From NCBI GenBank assembly GCA_043812495.1, contig JBDRMG010000016.1:66137-130136 (forward strand): a DNA stretch of 64,000 bases. The letters run 5' to 3'. Position 1 is the first letter of the stretch; each line of letters starts with the position of its first letter. Below are positions 46,528 to 56,453 of this stretch, piece by piece. The DNA comes from Candidatus Omnitrophota bacterium (lineage in GTDB: Bacteria > Omnitrophota > Gorgyraeia > Zapsychrales > JBDRMG01). The position numbers and the translations under genes are program-made. A model generated the notes under the pieces. The model did no database searches. It was not told the DNA's origin and was given only the letters and a program-made list of their open reading frames with translations.

Positions 46528-47809
46528 AAAGCGTTAACTGACCTTCCGAAACATTGCGCTCTTCATTAGAGAAGATGTTAATCTTTCCGTATTCTCCGTC
46601 ATAACCGGCCGCAATATTGACTTTTCCTTCGCGCATACGCTTGATGCCTTCGGCCACAAGCGAACCGCCGGCTTTTTTGATTTCATTGATGGACGCATCC
46701 TGCAGAATAAACATTTCGTTGCCGAGCTTGGCGAGCATTTCGCCAAATGTTAATTGCACCGCTTTTGAGTTTGCTCCCATGCCTTTGGCTTCCGCAATGA
46801 TTTCCGGCAAAGGAATTAAGCTGCAAAAGACGCGGCCATTGGGTGATTTTCGACCCATGGGGTAATCCGCCAATTCTTCAACTCTGGACATAACGCCGAC
46901 CGTGACAGACTTTCCGCACTTCGGGCACAATCCTTTGCTTTGAATTGTTTCTTCGGGGTTCATGCGCATCTGGCAATCACGATGCCCGTCATAATGATAT
47001 TTACCTTCTTCCGGAAAGAATTCGACCGTTCCTTCCAGTCCTTTATGATCGGCATCTTTGAGGGCATGATAAATTCCTGCATAGGAAAAATCCGTATCAT
47101 ACAGTGTGGATTCGCGCCCAAGCTTCTCGGCGGAATGCGCATCGGAATTGGAGACAAGGACATATCTGTCTAATTGGCTTAAGCGCCAATTCATAGCAGG
47201 ATCGGATGAAAGACCGGTTTCGAGAGCAAAAATATGTTCGCAAAGATCTTCGAAGCATTCTTCAATCGAATTAAATCCACTTTTGGATCCCAACACGGAG
47301 AACCACGGCGTCCAGATATGAGCCGGAATAAGATAGCTTAGGGGATCGGATTCCAAAACAATTTCCAATAAATGCTTCGCATCCAAACCCAGAATAGGCC
47401 GGCCGTCTGAATAGATATTCCCGATCCCCTGAAGTTTTTTCTGAATTTTTTCCGCAGCTTCAAAGCTAGGCGCGAAGATCACATTATGGACTTTGCGGAC
47501 CTTATCATTCTTTTTATAAATATTGGATATTTCGGCCGAAAGAATAAAACGCACTTCCTTTTGGCAGGCCAACGGGCATTCCCTTTGGCTTAAGGAATCA
47601 TATTCGTTTTTTAGCTTAAAAAATCCTTCTTGGGCACACTCAAGCTGTGTCTTCAGTTCTTCTAACCAGCCGGGGTGCGTAAAGTCGGCAGTCCCTACGA
47701 CCTGCATTCCTTTGAGTTGCGCCCAAAGATTTAAGCGGGCTAAATTTAAATTTTTACTTGTCGCGCGGGAAAAACGGGAATGGAGATGAGTGTCGGCGTA
47801 GAATTTCAT
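46520..47809 (-). CDS. PHP-domain nuclease of the TIGR00375 / endonuclease Q-like family, with a C4 zinc finger and a C-terminal helix-hairpin-helix.
   Basis: The N-terminus ADTHLHSRFSRATS is a PHP metal-binding motif. CPKCGK is a zinc finger. There are further His/Asp ligands. The 3' end overlaps the helicase start by 8 nt. Confidence 0.55.
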   Translation of the reverse strand: MKFYADTHLHSRFSRATSKNLNLARLNLWAQLKGMQVVGTADFTHPGWLEELKTQLECAQEGFFKLKNEYDSLSQRECPLACQKEVRFILSAEISNIYKKNDKVRKVHNVIFAPSFEAAEKIQKKLQGIGNIYSDGRPILGLDAKHLLEIVLESDPLSYLIPAHIWTPWFSVLGSKSGFNSIEECFEDLCEHIFALETGLSSDPAMNWRLSQLDRYVLVSNSDAHSAEKLGRESTLYDTDFSYAGIYHALKDADHKGLEGTVEFFPEEGKYHYDGHRDCQMRMNPEETIQSKGLCPKCGKSVTVGVMSRVEELADYPMGRKSPNGRVFCSLIPLPEIIAEAKGMGANSKAVQLTFGEMLAKLGNEMFILQDASINEIKKAGGSLVAEGIKRMREGKVNIAAGYDGEYGKINIFSNEERNVSEGQLTLFE

Positions 47810-47838
47810 ACAATTTTCTGATTCACAAGAAAGCCGCT

Positions 47839-49617
47839 TTAGTCAAAACAGCAAATCCTATTTTTGCCTTCTCGCTTGGCCTGGTAAAGCGACTGGTCTG
47901 CCTTCATGACAAAATCATGCCGATCCATTTGGCCGGCGTAGCGGGCCGCACCGATACTGATAGTAATTTTTCGTCTTAAGTTAAGACCCTCAATAGATTT
48001 CTTTACTTTTTCTGCAACTAGTTTTGCTTGCGGAATATCTGTTTCAGGTAAAATAGCCGCAAACTCATCACCCGCATAACGGCAAAGGATATCAACATTA
48101 CGCATACTTCGCTTCATCATCTGACTTGCGCGAGAAAGCAGAATATCACCTTCCGGATGGCCATACTGATCGTTATACTCTTTAAAACCATCGATATCGA
48201 TCATCAACAGACACAAAGGCCTCGGGTAACGTCTTGAGCGCTCAATCTCCTGCTGAAGCGTCTTAATAAACTGACGATGATTAAAAAGACTTGTCAGGGA
48301 ATCCGTTGTTGAGAGGAATTCCAATTCGCGATAATAATAGGCATTTTCAATCGCAATGGCGGCCTGACGGACAATGCTGCAGAGTATTTTTAAATCCACT
48401 TCTGTAAAAATAGGATCCTCTTTGCTGTCCTTATCCGACACATTGACAACACCCACAAGCTTCGCATGCAGTTTAATGGGAACGCACAAGAACGATTTGC
48501 CCTTATAACTGGATCGATTCTTCCGCGCGATCAGCAGTTCTGATTCAATATCATTGACTAATAGGGGCTCTCCTTTCTGGGCCACAATGCCAGCAATAGG
48601 ATCCCCGACTTTTATTCTTGTTTCTTTGATGATCTTTTTTTTCAAACCCTTTGCGCCCTTAATCAAAAGCTCCTGGGAATCATCATCGACAAGCATCAAA
48701 GAACACTTTTGCGCTTCCAATATTTGAGTTGCCTTTTCAATGACAAAGTCTACCAGCTGATTAAGTTCAAGAATCGAGCTGATCTTCTGGTCAATGTTTA
48801 AAACTTGTTCCATTTTCTTTCTTTCAAATTCTAAATCTTCCTGCAACACCTTGAGTCTACTTTCTATTTCTTTTCGTTCTGTAATATCCTGAAATATTTC
48901 AAGAACGGCATTTTTGCCCTCATAAAGCATGCCGGTGTGTGTAACGAGAAATGTCCGTCCTCCCAGGACGTCCTCCGTTTCAATGGACGCCACTTCGCCG
49001 ATTTTGATATTTTTTCTAAGCGGGCACAAGAGGCATTGGGCTTTATCGTCTTTGTAAAGATCCCAGCATCTTTTTCCAATGGCCTTTTTTCCGTAAATCT
49101 TCTTTAATTTCTCACACAAGAAAAGAATTTTACCCTCTTGGTCAACAATTTCCATGCCGAAAGGAATCGTATTGATCAGGGTCTGGTTAAACTCGCTAAT
49201 GCGCCGAATGGCTTCTTCGGCTTGTTTTTGTTGGGTGATGTCGCGGATAACTCCTTCTGTTCCGATGATGCGGCCGGTTATATTTTTAACAAGATTACTG
49301 GTGACGGAGAGAATGATTTCGCGGCCATCTTTTCTTTTGTTGACAACTTCATAATCTTTAACAAATCCTTTCTTCATAATTTCCCCTAAGAATAACTCGC
49401 GGTCATTGGGATTGCTATAGAGTTCTTGAGCAAGATTCAAGCCAAGAACCTCTTTCTTGCTTTTATAACCCATAATTTCCACGTAGGCCTGATTGATAAA
49501 AATAAGATTGCCCAAGACATCGGCCATATAAACGCCGCTTTTTAAGGATTCAAGAAGGTTCTGAAAGGGTCTTTCTGCTTCTCTTTGAATTTTCTGAGGT
49601 TTTCTGGATTCGATCAT
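47839..49617 (-). CDS. PAS-PAS-GAF-GGDEF diguanylate cyclase with an AGDEF active-site variant and an RxxD I-site.
   Basis: RNVDILCRYAGDEFAAIL is the GGDEF-domain core. Upstream GAF and two PAS-like segments. Confidence 0.8.
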   Translation of the reverse strand: MIESRKPQKIQREAERPFQNLLESLKSGVYMADVLGNLIFINQAYVEIMGYKSKKEVLGLNLAQELYSNPNDRELFLGEIMKKGFVKDYEVVNKRKDGREIILSVTSNLVKNITGRIIGTEGVIRDITQQKQAEEAIRRISEFNQTLINTIPFGMEIVDQEGKILFLCEKLKKIYGKKAIGKRCWDLYKDDKAQCLLCPLRKNIKIGEVASIETEDVLGGRTFLVTHTGMLYEGKNAVLEIFQDITERKEIESRLKVLQEDLEFERKKMEQVLNIDQKISSILELNQLVDFVIEKATQILEAQKCSLMLVDDDSQELLIKGAKGLKKKIIKETRIKVGDPIAGIVAQKGEPLLVNDIESELLIARKNRSSYKGKSFLCVPIKLHAKLVGVVNVSDKDSKEDPIFTEVDLKILCSIVRQAAIAIENAYYYRELEFLSTTDSLTSLFNHRQFIKTLQQEIERSRRYPRPLCLLMIDIDGFKEYNDQYGHPEGDILLSRASQMMKRSMRNVDILCRYAGDEFAAILPETDIPQAKLVAEKVKKSIEGLNLRRKITISIGAARYAGQMDRHDFVMKADQSLYQAKREGKNRICCFD

Positions 49618-49815
49618 TTTCTGACCTTAGTAAAAGGTGAATTTTCAACCCTCCCGTAGGGTAAAATTTATTCTACTCCTAAAAAGATTTTAAGACAAGG
49701 CTCGAATTGGAGGGTGTTCTTAGAGAAAATGGGAGAAAACGCCGGAGAAATTCCAAGGATGGTACGCTTGGGCGAAATGCTCAATGAATCGCTTCAAATG
49801 ATCAAAAGAATGGCT

Positions 49816-52800
49816 CTATGATGACTTCGGCTGATCCTTTGCTTGAGCGTTGGGATCAATCGATCCGGCAGCCATAGCCTCATAGATCTTCCATTTCTCA
49901 TTGACATCTTTCTGAGCCAGCTCAAGAAGGCGTTTGGCTTCTTCGGGTTTGCTCTGGGTGAGCATCTTGAAGCGCGTTTCTTTATACGCGTATTCCTCAA
50001 AAGAAATCTTCGGCTTCTGTGAATCCAGAATAAACGGATTTTTACCCTGCTTGGCCAAATCAGGATTATAACGAAACAGGGGCCAGTAACCGCTCGCTAC
50101 AGCTGCTTTCTGTTCGTCGGTCGCTGTGCGCATATTAATCCCGTGGGCAATACAATGGCTGTAGGCAATGATCAGGGAAGGTCCGTTATAGCTTTCCGCT
50201 TCAAGAATGGTCTTGAGGGCATGGCTATCATTGGCGCCCAAGGCAATTTGCCCCACATAAACGGCTCCGTAAGTCATGATCATGCGAGCCAAATCTTTTT
50301 TGGCTAAAGGTTTTCCGCTGGCCGCGAACTTTGCAACGGCCCCACGCGGTGTAGCTTTTGACGCCTGTCCGCCCGTATTGGAATAAACTTCCGTATCCAA
50401 AACCAAAACATTGACGTTTCGGCCGGAGGCCAGAACGTGGTCAAGCCCTCCGTAACCGATATCGTAGGCCCAGCCGTCCCCACCGATAATCCAAACACTT
50501 TTCTTCACCAGCATATCGGCGAGGCTCAAAAGCTGCTTGGCTTCAGGCGATCTATCCTTTTCCAATTTCTTTTTGAGTTCTTCAACGCATTTTCTTTGTT
50601 CGAAAATAGCGGGTTCGTCTTTTTGATCTGCGCTCACAAGAGCCTTGGCAAGATCTTTGCCGATTTTTGAAGACAGCTTCTTGACGAGTTCGCAGGCGTA
50701 TTCGGCTTGTTTATCAATCGTTAAGCGGAAACCAAAGCCAAATTCCGCGTTATCCTCAAAAAGTGAGTTGGACCAGGCCGGTCCCCGGCCTTCACTGTTC
50801 ACGGCATAGGGAGTGGTCGGCAAGTTACCACCATAAATGGAAGAACAACCTGTGGCATTAGCAATTACCATACGGTCGCCGAATAACTGAGTCACCATTT
50901 TAATATACGGAGTTTCCCCGCATCCGGCGCAAGCGCCTGAGAATTCAAAAAGCGGCCTTAGCGCCTCAGCTTCTCTTAAAACGTCGGGTTTAATTAATGT
51001 TCGATCCAAATCAGGAATCGACAGGAAAAATTCCCAATTTTTGGATTCTTGTTCGCGCAAAGAAATCTGCGGATGCATATTGATCGCTTTTTTTGACGCA
51101 TCCGTCTTACTTTTCGCAGGACAAATATGAACACAAGCCCCGCATCCCGTGCAATCCTCAGGAGCGACCTGAATCGTCGCTTTCTTACCCTGCCAGGCTT
51201 TATTCTTAGGATCCGCTGACTTAAATGTCTTGGGTGCTTTGTCCAAAAACTTCGGATCATAAATTTTCATGCGGATAACCGCATGAGGGCAGACCGCATT
51301 GCATTTTCCGCACTGAATACAAATGTCCGGTTCCCAGACGGGAATCTCAAGGGCAACATTTCTTTTTTCCCATTGTGTTGTGGCGGTAGGATAGGTTCCG
51401 TCTTCGGGCATGGCGCTCACGGGAAGCTCATCGCCTTTATTGGCAATGATTTTGGCTGTCACCTGCTGAACAAAATCAGATGCTTCTTTGGAAACGACAG
51501 GCGGTCTTTGAATGCAACTTGTGACTTTTTCGGGAACCTGGACCTCATGTAAATTGGCTAATGTCTGATCAACGGCATTATAGTTCTTCTGGACAATTTC
51601 ATCACCCTTGCTGCCATACGTTTTCTTGATAGAATTCTTGATCGCCTGGATGGCTTCGTCCTTAGGCAAAACTCCCGAAATCACAAAGAAACAGGTCTGC
51701 ATGATCGTATTAATCCGCACCCCCATCCCTGTATCTTGGGCTACCTTGTACGCATCGATAACATAAAATCTTAATTTCTTCTTAATAATCGCCTCTTGGA
51801 TATCGCAAGGGACCTTGTCCCAAACTTCGTCTTTAGAAAAAGGACTGTTGAGAAGAAAAACGCCCTTTTCTTTAATCTTTTCTAAAACATTATATTTTTC
51901 AAGGAAGACAAACTGATGACAACCGACAAAATTGGCCTCGGTCACCAGATACGTCGAATGAATGGGATGAGGTCCAAAACGCAAGTGAGACACCGTGACA
52001 GAACCGGCCTTCTTGGAATCATAGACAAAATACCCTTGCGCAAAGTTTCCTGTCCCCTCACCAATAATCTTAATAGAGTTTTTATTGGCACCGACCGTCC
52101 CATCAGAACCTAATCCAAAAAAGATGGCTTGCACGCCCTGAGGATCTTCTGTCGTAAAGCTGGGATCATAGGCAAGACTTGTCTGGGTCACATCGTCATT
52201 GATGCCGACCGTAAAATGGTTTTTGGGTTTTTCTTTCTTGAGCTCATCAAAAACGCCTTTGATCATGGCCGGCGTAAATTCTTTGGAGGATAGACCATAG
52301 CGCCCTCCGACAACAACGGGAACTTTTTTAAATCGTTGACTGGCTTCTCCTTCATAAAGAGCATCCACGACATCAAGATAAAGGGGTTCACCTGAGCTGC
52401 CTGGTTCTTTCGTGCGATCCAAAACACCGATCATCTTAACGGTCGACGGTAAAGCATCCATAAAATGCGTGATAGAAAACGGACGATAAAGCCGGACTTT
52501 CAGGACGCCAACTTTCTCGCCTTTTTTGATGAGGTGATCGACGGTTTCCTGACAAGCTTCGGCACCGGATGCCATAATCACGATAACGCACTCAGCGTCT
52601 TTTGATCCATAATACTCAAACAATTTATATTGGCGTCCGACCTGTTTCGCAAACTGATCCATGACCTTCTGGACGATGGCAGGGCAGGCTTCATAATATT
52701 TATTGACTGTTTCGCGCGCTTGAAAGAAAACATCAGGATTTTGCGCTGTTCCGCGTAAAACCGGATGATCCGAAGACAAGGCCCGCTTGCGATGAGCAAA

Positions 52801-53400
52801 AACAAGATTGTCATCAATCATGATCCGGATATCTTCATCGGATAATTGCTCTATCTTTTGTACTTCATGGGAAGAGCGGAAACCATCAAAGAAATGCAAA
52901 AAAGGAATGCGCGACTCTAAGGTCACGGCATGAGCGATGAGCGCGAAATCCATCACTTCTTGAATCGAGGCTGAGGCCAAAAACCCAAAACCTGTCTGGC
53001 GCGCGGCCATCACATCCGTATGGTCACCAAAGATGGACAAAGCCTGACAAGCCACAGATCGGGCGGACACATGAAAAACAGTGGATGTCAATTCACCGGC
53101 GATTTTATACATATTGGGGATCATCAGAAGAAGACCCTGGGAAGCAGTGAAGGTTGTCGTAAGCGCCCCTGTTTGGGCAGCCCCGTGGATTGCTCCCGAA
53201 GCACCCCCTTCGCTTTGCATCTCTTGGACAAAAGGTACTGTGCCCCAAAGATTGGTTCGACCTTGCGCTGACCATGCATCGGCCCACTCCCCCATGGAAG
53301 AAGAAGGAGTGATAGGGTAAATCGCGATGACTTCGCTGACCTTATGCGCTACATAGGCCGCTGCTTCATTGCCATCGATGGTAACTTTTTTTCTTTCCAT
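49816..53400 (-). CDS. nifJ: Pyruvate:ferredoxin (flavodoxin) oxidoreductase, single-chain PFOR.
   Basis: About 1194 aa. GNEAAAYVAHKVSEVIAIYPITPSS, two 4Fe-4S ferredoxin motifs (CIQCGKCNAVCPH and CTGCGACVHICP), and a C-terminal TPP domain with GGDGWAYDIG. Confidence 0.9.
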   Translation of the reverse strand: MERKKVTIDGNEAAAYVAHKVSEVIAIYPITPSSSMGEWADAWSAQGRTNLWGTVPFVQEMQSEGGASGAIHGAAQTGALTTTFTASQGLLLMIPNMYKIAGELTSTVFHVSARSVACQALSIFGDHTDVMAARQTGFGFLASASIQEVMDFALIAHAVTLESRIPFLHFFDGFRSSHEVQKIEQLSDEDIRIMIDDNLVFAHRKRALSSDHPVLRGTAQNPDVFFQARETVNKYYEACPAIVQKVMDQFAKQVGRQYKLFEYYGSKDAECVIVIMASGAEACQETVDHLIKKGEKVGVLKVRLYRPFSITHFMDALPSTVKMIGVLDRTKEPGSSGEPLYLDVVDALYEGEASQRFKKVPVVVGGRYGLSSKEFTPAMIKGVFDELKKEKPKNHFTVGINDDVTQTSLAYDPSFTTEDPQGVQAIFFGLGSDGTVGANKNSIKIIGEGTGNFAQGYFVYDSKKAGSVTVSHLRFGPHPIHSTYLVTEANFVGCHQFVFLEKYNVLEKIKEKGVFLLNSPFSKDEVWDKVPCDIQEAIIKKKLRFYVIDAYKVAQDTGMGVRINTIMQTCFFVISGVLPKDEAIQAIKNSIKKTYGSKGDEIVQKNYNAVDQTLANLHEVQVPEKVTSCIQRPPVVSKEASDFVQQVTAKIIANKGDELPVSAMPEDGTYPTATTQWEKRNVALEIPVWEPDICIQCGKCNAVCPHAVIRMKIYDPKFLDKAPKTFKSADPKNKAWQGKKATIQVAPEDCTGCGACVHICPAKSKTDASKKAINMHPQISLREQESKNWEFFLSIPDLDRTLIKPDVLREAEALRPLFEFSGACAGCGETPYIKMVTQLFGDRMVIANATGCSSIYGGNLPTTPYAVNSEGRGPAWSNSLFEDNAEFGFGFRLTIDKQAEYACELVKKLSSKIGKDLAKALVSADQKDEPAIFEQRKCVEELKKKLEKDRSPEAKQLLSLADMLVKKSVWIIGGDGWAYDIGYGGLDHVLASGRNVNVLVLDTEVYSNTGGQASKATPRGAVAKFAASGKPLAKKDLARMIMTYGAVYVGQIALGANDSHALKTILEAESYNGPSLIIAYSHCIAHGINMRTATDEQKAAVASGYWPLFRYNPDLAKQGKNPFILDSQKPKISFEEYAYKETRFKMLTQSKPEEAKRLLELAQKDVNEKWKIYEAMAAGSIDPNAQAKDQPKSS

Positions 53401-53516
53401 TTCAGACCTTTCTTTGGTTATTGAATCCTGGTCATTTTGAGTCAAAGAGTTTTTTCTATAAACGAACGAAGGAACAATTCAATGATGAATTTTGAATCGA
53501 TGGGGCGGGAGAAATT

Positions 53517-53717
53517 CTATTTAATCCGGGACACAATGTAATCTTCTTCTTCCTTAACCTGAACATAACCTTCACGGGCAAGCCAGCCGATACTCATGAG
53601 AATCATTTCTGGAGGATGATTGACAAACTCACTGAACTCCTTGAGGCGTATCGATCTGTTCTGCTTCTCAAGGACCATCAGGATTTCACCGGAAACGATG
53701 CCTATCCTGGTTATCAT
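53517..53717 (-). CDS. Small hypothetical protein, possibly a winged-helix protein.
   Basis: A 66-aa ORF with a GAGGAGG Shine-Dalgarno; no firm domain. Inferred from pattern only. Confidence 0.3.
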   Translation of the reverse strand: MITRIGIVSGEILMVLEKQNRSIRLKEFSEFVNHPPEMILMSIGWLAREGYVQVKEEEDYIVSRIK

Positions 53718-53958
53718 ATGAACCTCCTCTTCGGACTACCGCCTTTAATATAAAATAAAAAAATAATGATAGCGCTTCAATGCGTGAGGAAATCAATTAA
53801 TTATATCACTCTTTATCTTCTTGATAAAGTATTAAAACCAACTTCATTCTTACTTCATTCTTACTTAAGGAATTCTATCAATGAGCAAAACAATATCCCT
53901 GCCGAATCTTTGACAGATGTGCCTGCCGGACAGGGATATTTGTTTATTCAGGTTGAAC

Positions 53959-56247
53959 TTAGCACTTTGAATACCCGCAACCGTAGCATTTCAGACACCC
54001 TTCCTCATGATGCAAGGGGCTACGGCAATCAGGGCAGACACCGACCATATTCCCGCGCGGCCTAAAGGATGCTTCTTCTTTGCCTTCGGCAACACCGGCT
54101 GCAACCGTTACGGCGACCGGCGCATGCTGGATAATAGGTCTTTCTTTGACTCTTTTTTCCAAAACCCGCGAAATCGCATCGGCGCAGGAAAATATCCTTG
54201 CTCCTTTATCCCAGGATGGAATGGGGCAACGGATTCCGCGCAATTGCTTTAAGATCACGCTGGGATCAACGCCAGAGCGCAACGCCAAAGAAACCAATCG
54301 ACCAATGGCCTCCAACTGGCTTGAGGCGCAACCGCCGGTCTTTCCGATCTGCGTAAAAACCTCAAAAGGATTTCCGTCCTCATCGTTATTGATAATAATG
54401 TAGAGATTGCCGCATCCGGTTAAAATCTTTGATGTGGTTCCTGTCATCACCTCGGGTCTTGGGCGAGGCGCACGAACCGCGTCAGCCGTATCGATCGCGT
54501 TCTCTTCATTTTTCTTTTCCTTCTTAGAAATGTTGAGAACTTGTTCTTCGCGGCTTCCGTCACGATAAACCGTAATGCCTTTGCAGCCAAGCTCATACGC
54601 GAGCTTATAGGCCTTGCGCACATCTTCTTCTGTCGCCGCATGAGGAAAATTAATGGTCTTGGAAACGGCATTGTCGGTGAATTTTTGGAAAGCGGCCTGC
54701 ATGCGGATATGCCATTCGGGTTCGATATCATGGGACGTCACAAAGGCTTTTTTTACATCTTCCGGAATTTCGGCGATATTTTGAATCGAACCTTCCTCGG
54801 CAATCCGCTGCATAAGCTGAGGTGAATAAAAACCCTTTTCCTTAGCCACGTCTTCAAAAACTTTGTCGATTTCCACCAGCTTGGTCTTATCCATCACATT
54901 GCGATAATAGCAAATGGCAAAAATCGGTTCAATGCCCGATGAACATGGACCGGCGATGATGCTGATCGTGCCCGTCGGGGCGATGGTGGTTAACGTGGCA
55001 TTACGAAAACGTGTTTTCTTTCCGCCCTGCCCATAGATACTTTTCTTGAAAGCCGGAAACACTTCTTTTTCTTTGCCCAGCTCAAGTGATTTGATCCGTG
55101 CCTCCGTTAGAATAAAGGACATCACGCGTTCGGCTAATTCGATGGCCTGTTCTGAATTATAAGGAATACCCAAGCGTGCTAACAAGGAAGCCCATCCCAT
55201 AACTCCGAGACCAATTTTACGGGTCATTTTTGTATTTTGCTCAATTTCTTTAATAGGATGTTTATTGGCATCGATCACATTATCCAAGAAATGAACGGAT
55301 TTGCCGACAACATCCTGCAGTCTATCCCAGTCAATATCCAGGCCTGTTTCCGTCTTCTTGATCATGTGGAGAAGATTAATGGAACCCAGATTACAGCTTT
55401 CGTACGGCAGAAGGACCTGCTCGCCGCAAGGGTTGGTGGCCTCATAGGCTCCGAGTTCAGGCGTTGGATTAAATTCATTCATTTTATCGATAAAGATCAG
55501 GCCGGGCTCTCCGTTTTTGTGAGCGCTTTTGATGATAAGATCGAAAACCTCCCGGCTATTTAATGTTCTGATCACTTTTTTGGTGTGCGGGGACACCAAC
55601 TCATAGTCCTCGTTGTTTTCTAAGGCCCTCCAAAATTCATCCGTAATAGCGACCGAAATATTAAAATTGCTGATCTCTTTATCTTTTTGTTTGCAGGTAA
55701 TAAATTCCTTAATGTCGGGATGATCGATGCTCAAGATTCCCATATTGGCCCCTCGGCGCGTGCCCCCTTGCTTAACCGCCTGGGTTGCCCCGTCGAATAC
55801 CTTCATAAATGAAATGGGGCCTGAGGCAACACCGCCGGTCGCCTGGACAATACTATTTTTCTCGCGTAGGCGAGAAAAAGAAAATCCCGTGCCTCCGCCT
55901 GTTTTGTGGATAATGGCGGTGGCTTTGAGAGTTTCAAAAATGGAAGTCATGGAATCCTCGATGGGAAGAACAAAACAAGCGCTTAATTGACCCAAGGGGC
56001 GGCCGGCATTCATGAGGGTTGGGGAGTTGGGGATGAAATCCAGACGGCTCATGATTTGGTAAAAGTCTTTTTCTGTCTGTCGCACGGCCTTTTCATCTAG
56101 CCCATAGGCTTTATCAACTTGCGCAATTGCGTGCGCGACACGCTGAAGCATCTCTTCCGGGGACTCGACCACTTTGCCTTCGCTGTCTTTTTTAAGATAT
56201 CGCTTTTCCAAAACTTTGAATGCATTCTCAGAAATCTTAAGACCCAT
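53959..56247 (-). CDS. nrdJ: Adenosylcobalamin-dependent (class II) ribonucleotide reductase with a C-terminal Cys-rich zinc ribbon.
   Basis: PNSPTLMNAG...TGGGTGFSFSRLR and catalytic region motifs of class II RNR. The C-terminus reads CPDCRSPLHHEEGCLKCYGCGYSKC. Confidence 0.85.
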   Translation of the reverse strand: MGLKISENAFKVLEKRYLKKDSEGKVVESPEEMLQRVAHAIAQVDKAYGLDEKAVRQTEKDFYQIMSRLDFIPNSPTLMNAGRPLGQLSACFVLPIEDSMTSIFETLKATAIIHKTGGGTGFSFSRLREKNSIVQATGGVASGPISFMKVFDGATQAVKQGGTRRGANMGILSIDHPDIKEFITCKQKDKEISNFNISVAITDEFWRALENNEDYELVSPHTKKVIRTLNSREVFDLIIKSAHKNGEPGLIFIDKMNEFNPTPELGAYEATNPCGEQVLLPYESCNLGSINLLHMIKKTETGLDIDWDRLQDVVGKSVHFLDNVIDANKHPIKEIEQNTKMTRKIGLGVMGWASLLARLGIPYNSEQAIELAERVMSFILTEARIKSLELGKEKEVFPAFKKSIYGQGGKKTRFRNATLTTIAPTGTISIIAGPCSSGIEPIFAICYYRNVMDKTKLVEIDKVFEDVAKEKGFYSPQLMQRIAEEGSIQNIAEIPEDVKKAFVTSHDIEPEWHIRMQAAFQKFTDNAVSKTINFPHAATEEDVRKAYKLAYELGCKGITVYRDGSREEQVLNISKKEKKNEENAIDTADAVRAPRPRPEVMTGTTSKILTGCGNLYIIINNDEDGNPFEVFTQIGKTGGCASSQLEAIGRLVSLALRSGVDPSVILKQLRGIRCPIPSWDKGARIFSCADAISRVLEKRVKERPIIQHAPVAVTVAAGVAEGKEEASFRPRGNMVGVCPDCRSPLHHEEGCLKCYGCGYSKC

Positions 56248-56294
56248 AAACTTATCCTCCCTTTGTTAATATCAATTAAGCAAGGCCAATTCTA

Positions 56295-56341
56295 GTACTA
56301 TATATAGGTCGTGTCAAGCGAAATTATACTATATATGGTGT
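56295..56341 (-). promoter_or_regulatory. Two tandem NrdR-box-like palindromes (GTACTATATATAGGTC at 56295-56310 and ATACTATATATGGTGT at 56326-56341), centres 31 bp apart, upstream of nrdJ.
   Basis: They match the NrdR operator consensus acaCwAtATaTwGtgt (13-14 of 16 positions). Tandem boxes about 3 helical turns apart are typical of NrdR operators. Confidence 0.55.
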
Positions 56342-56453
56342 AATTTTGTAATTTTTTTGTTTTCTCGACGATGTTTTTATGAAAAATTTTTAAGGAAACA
56401 CGGAAAAAAATATACCGAAGACCTCAAAAAAACTTTATCCAAAAAAAGAAATT

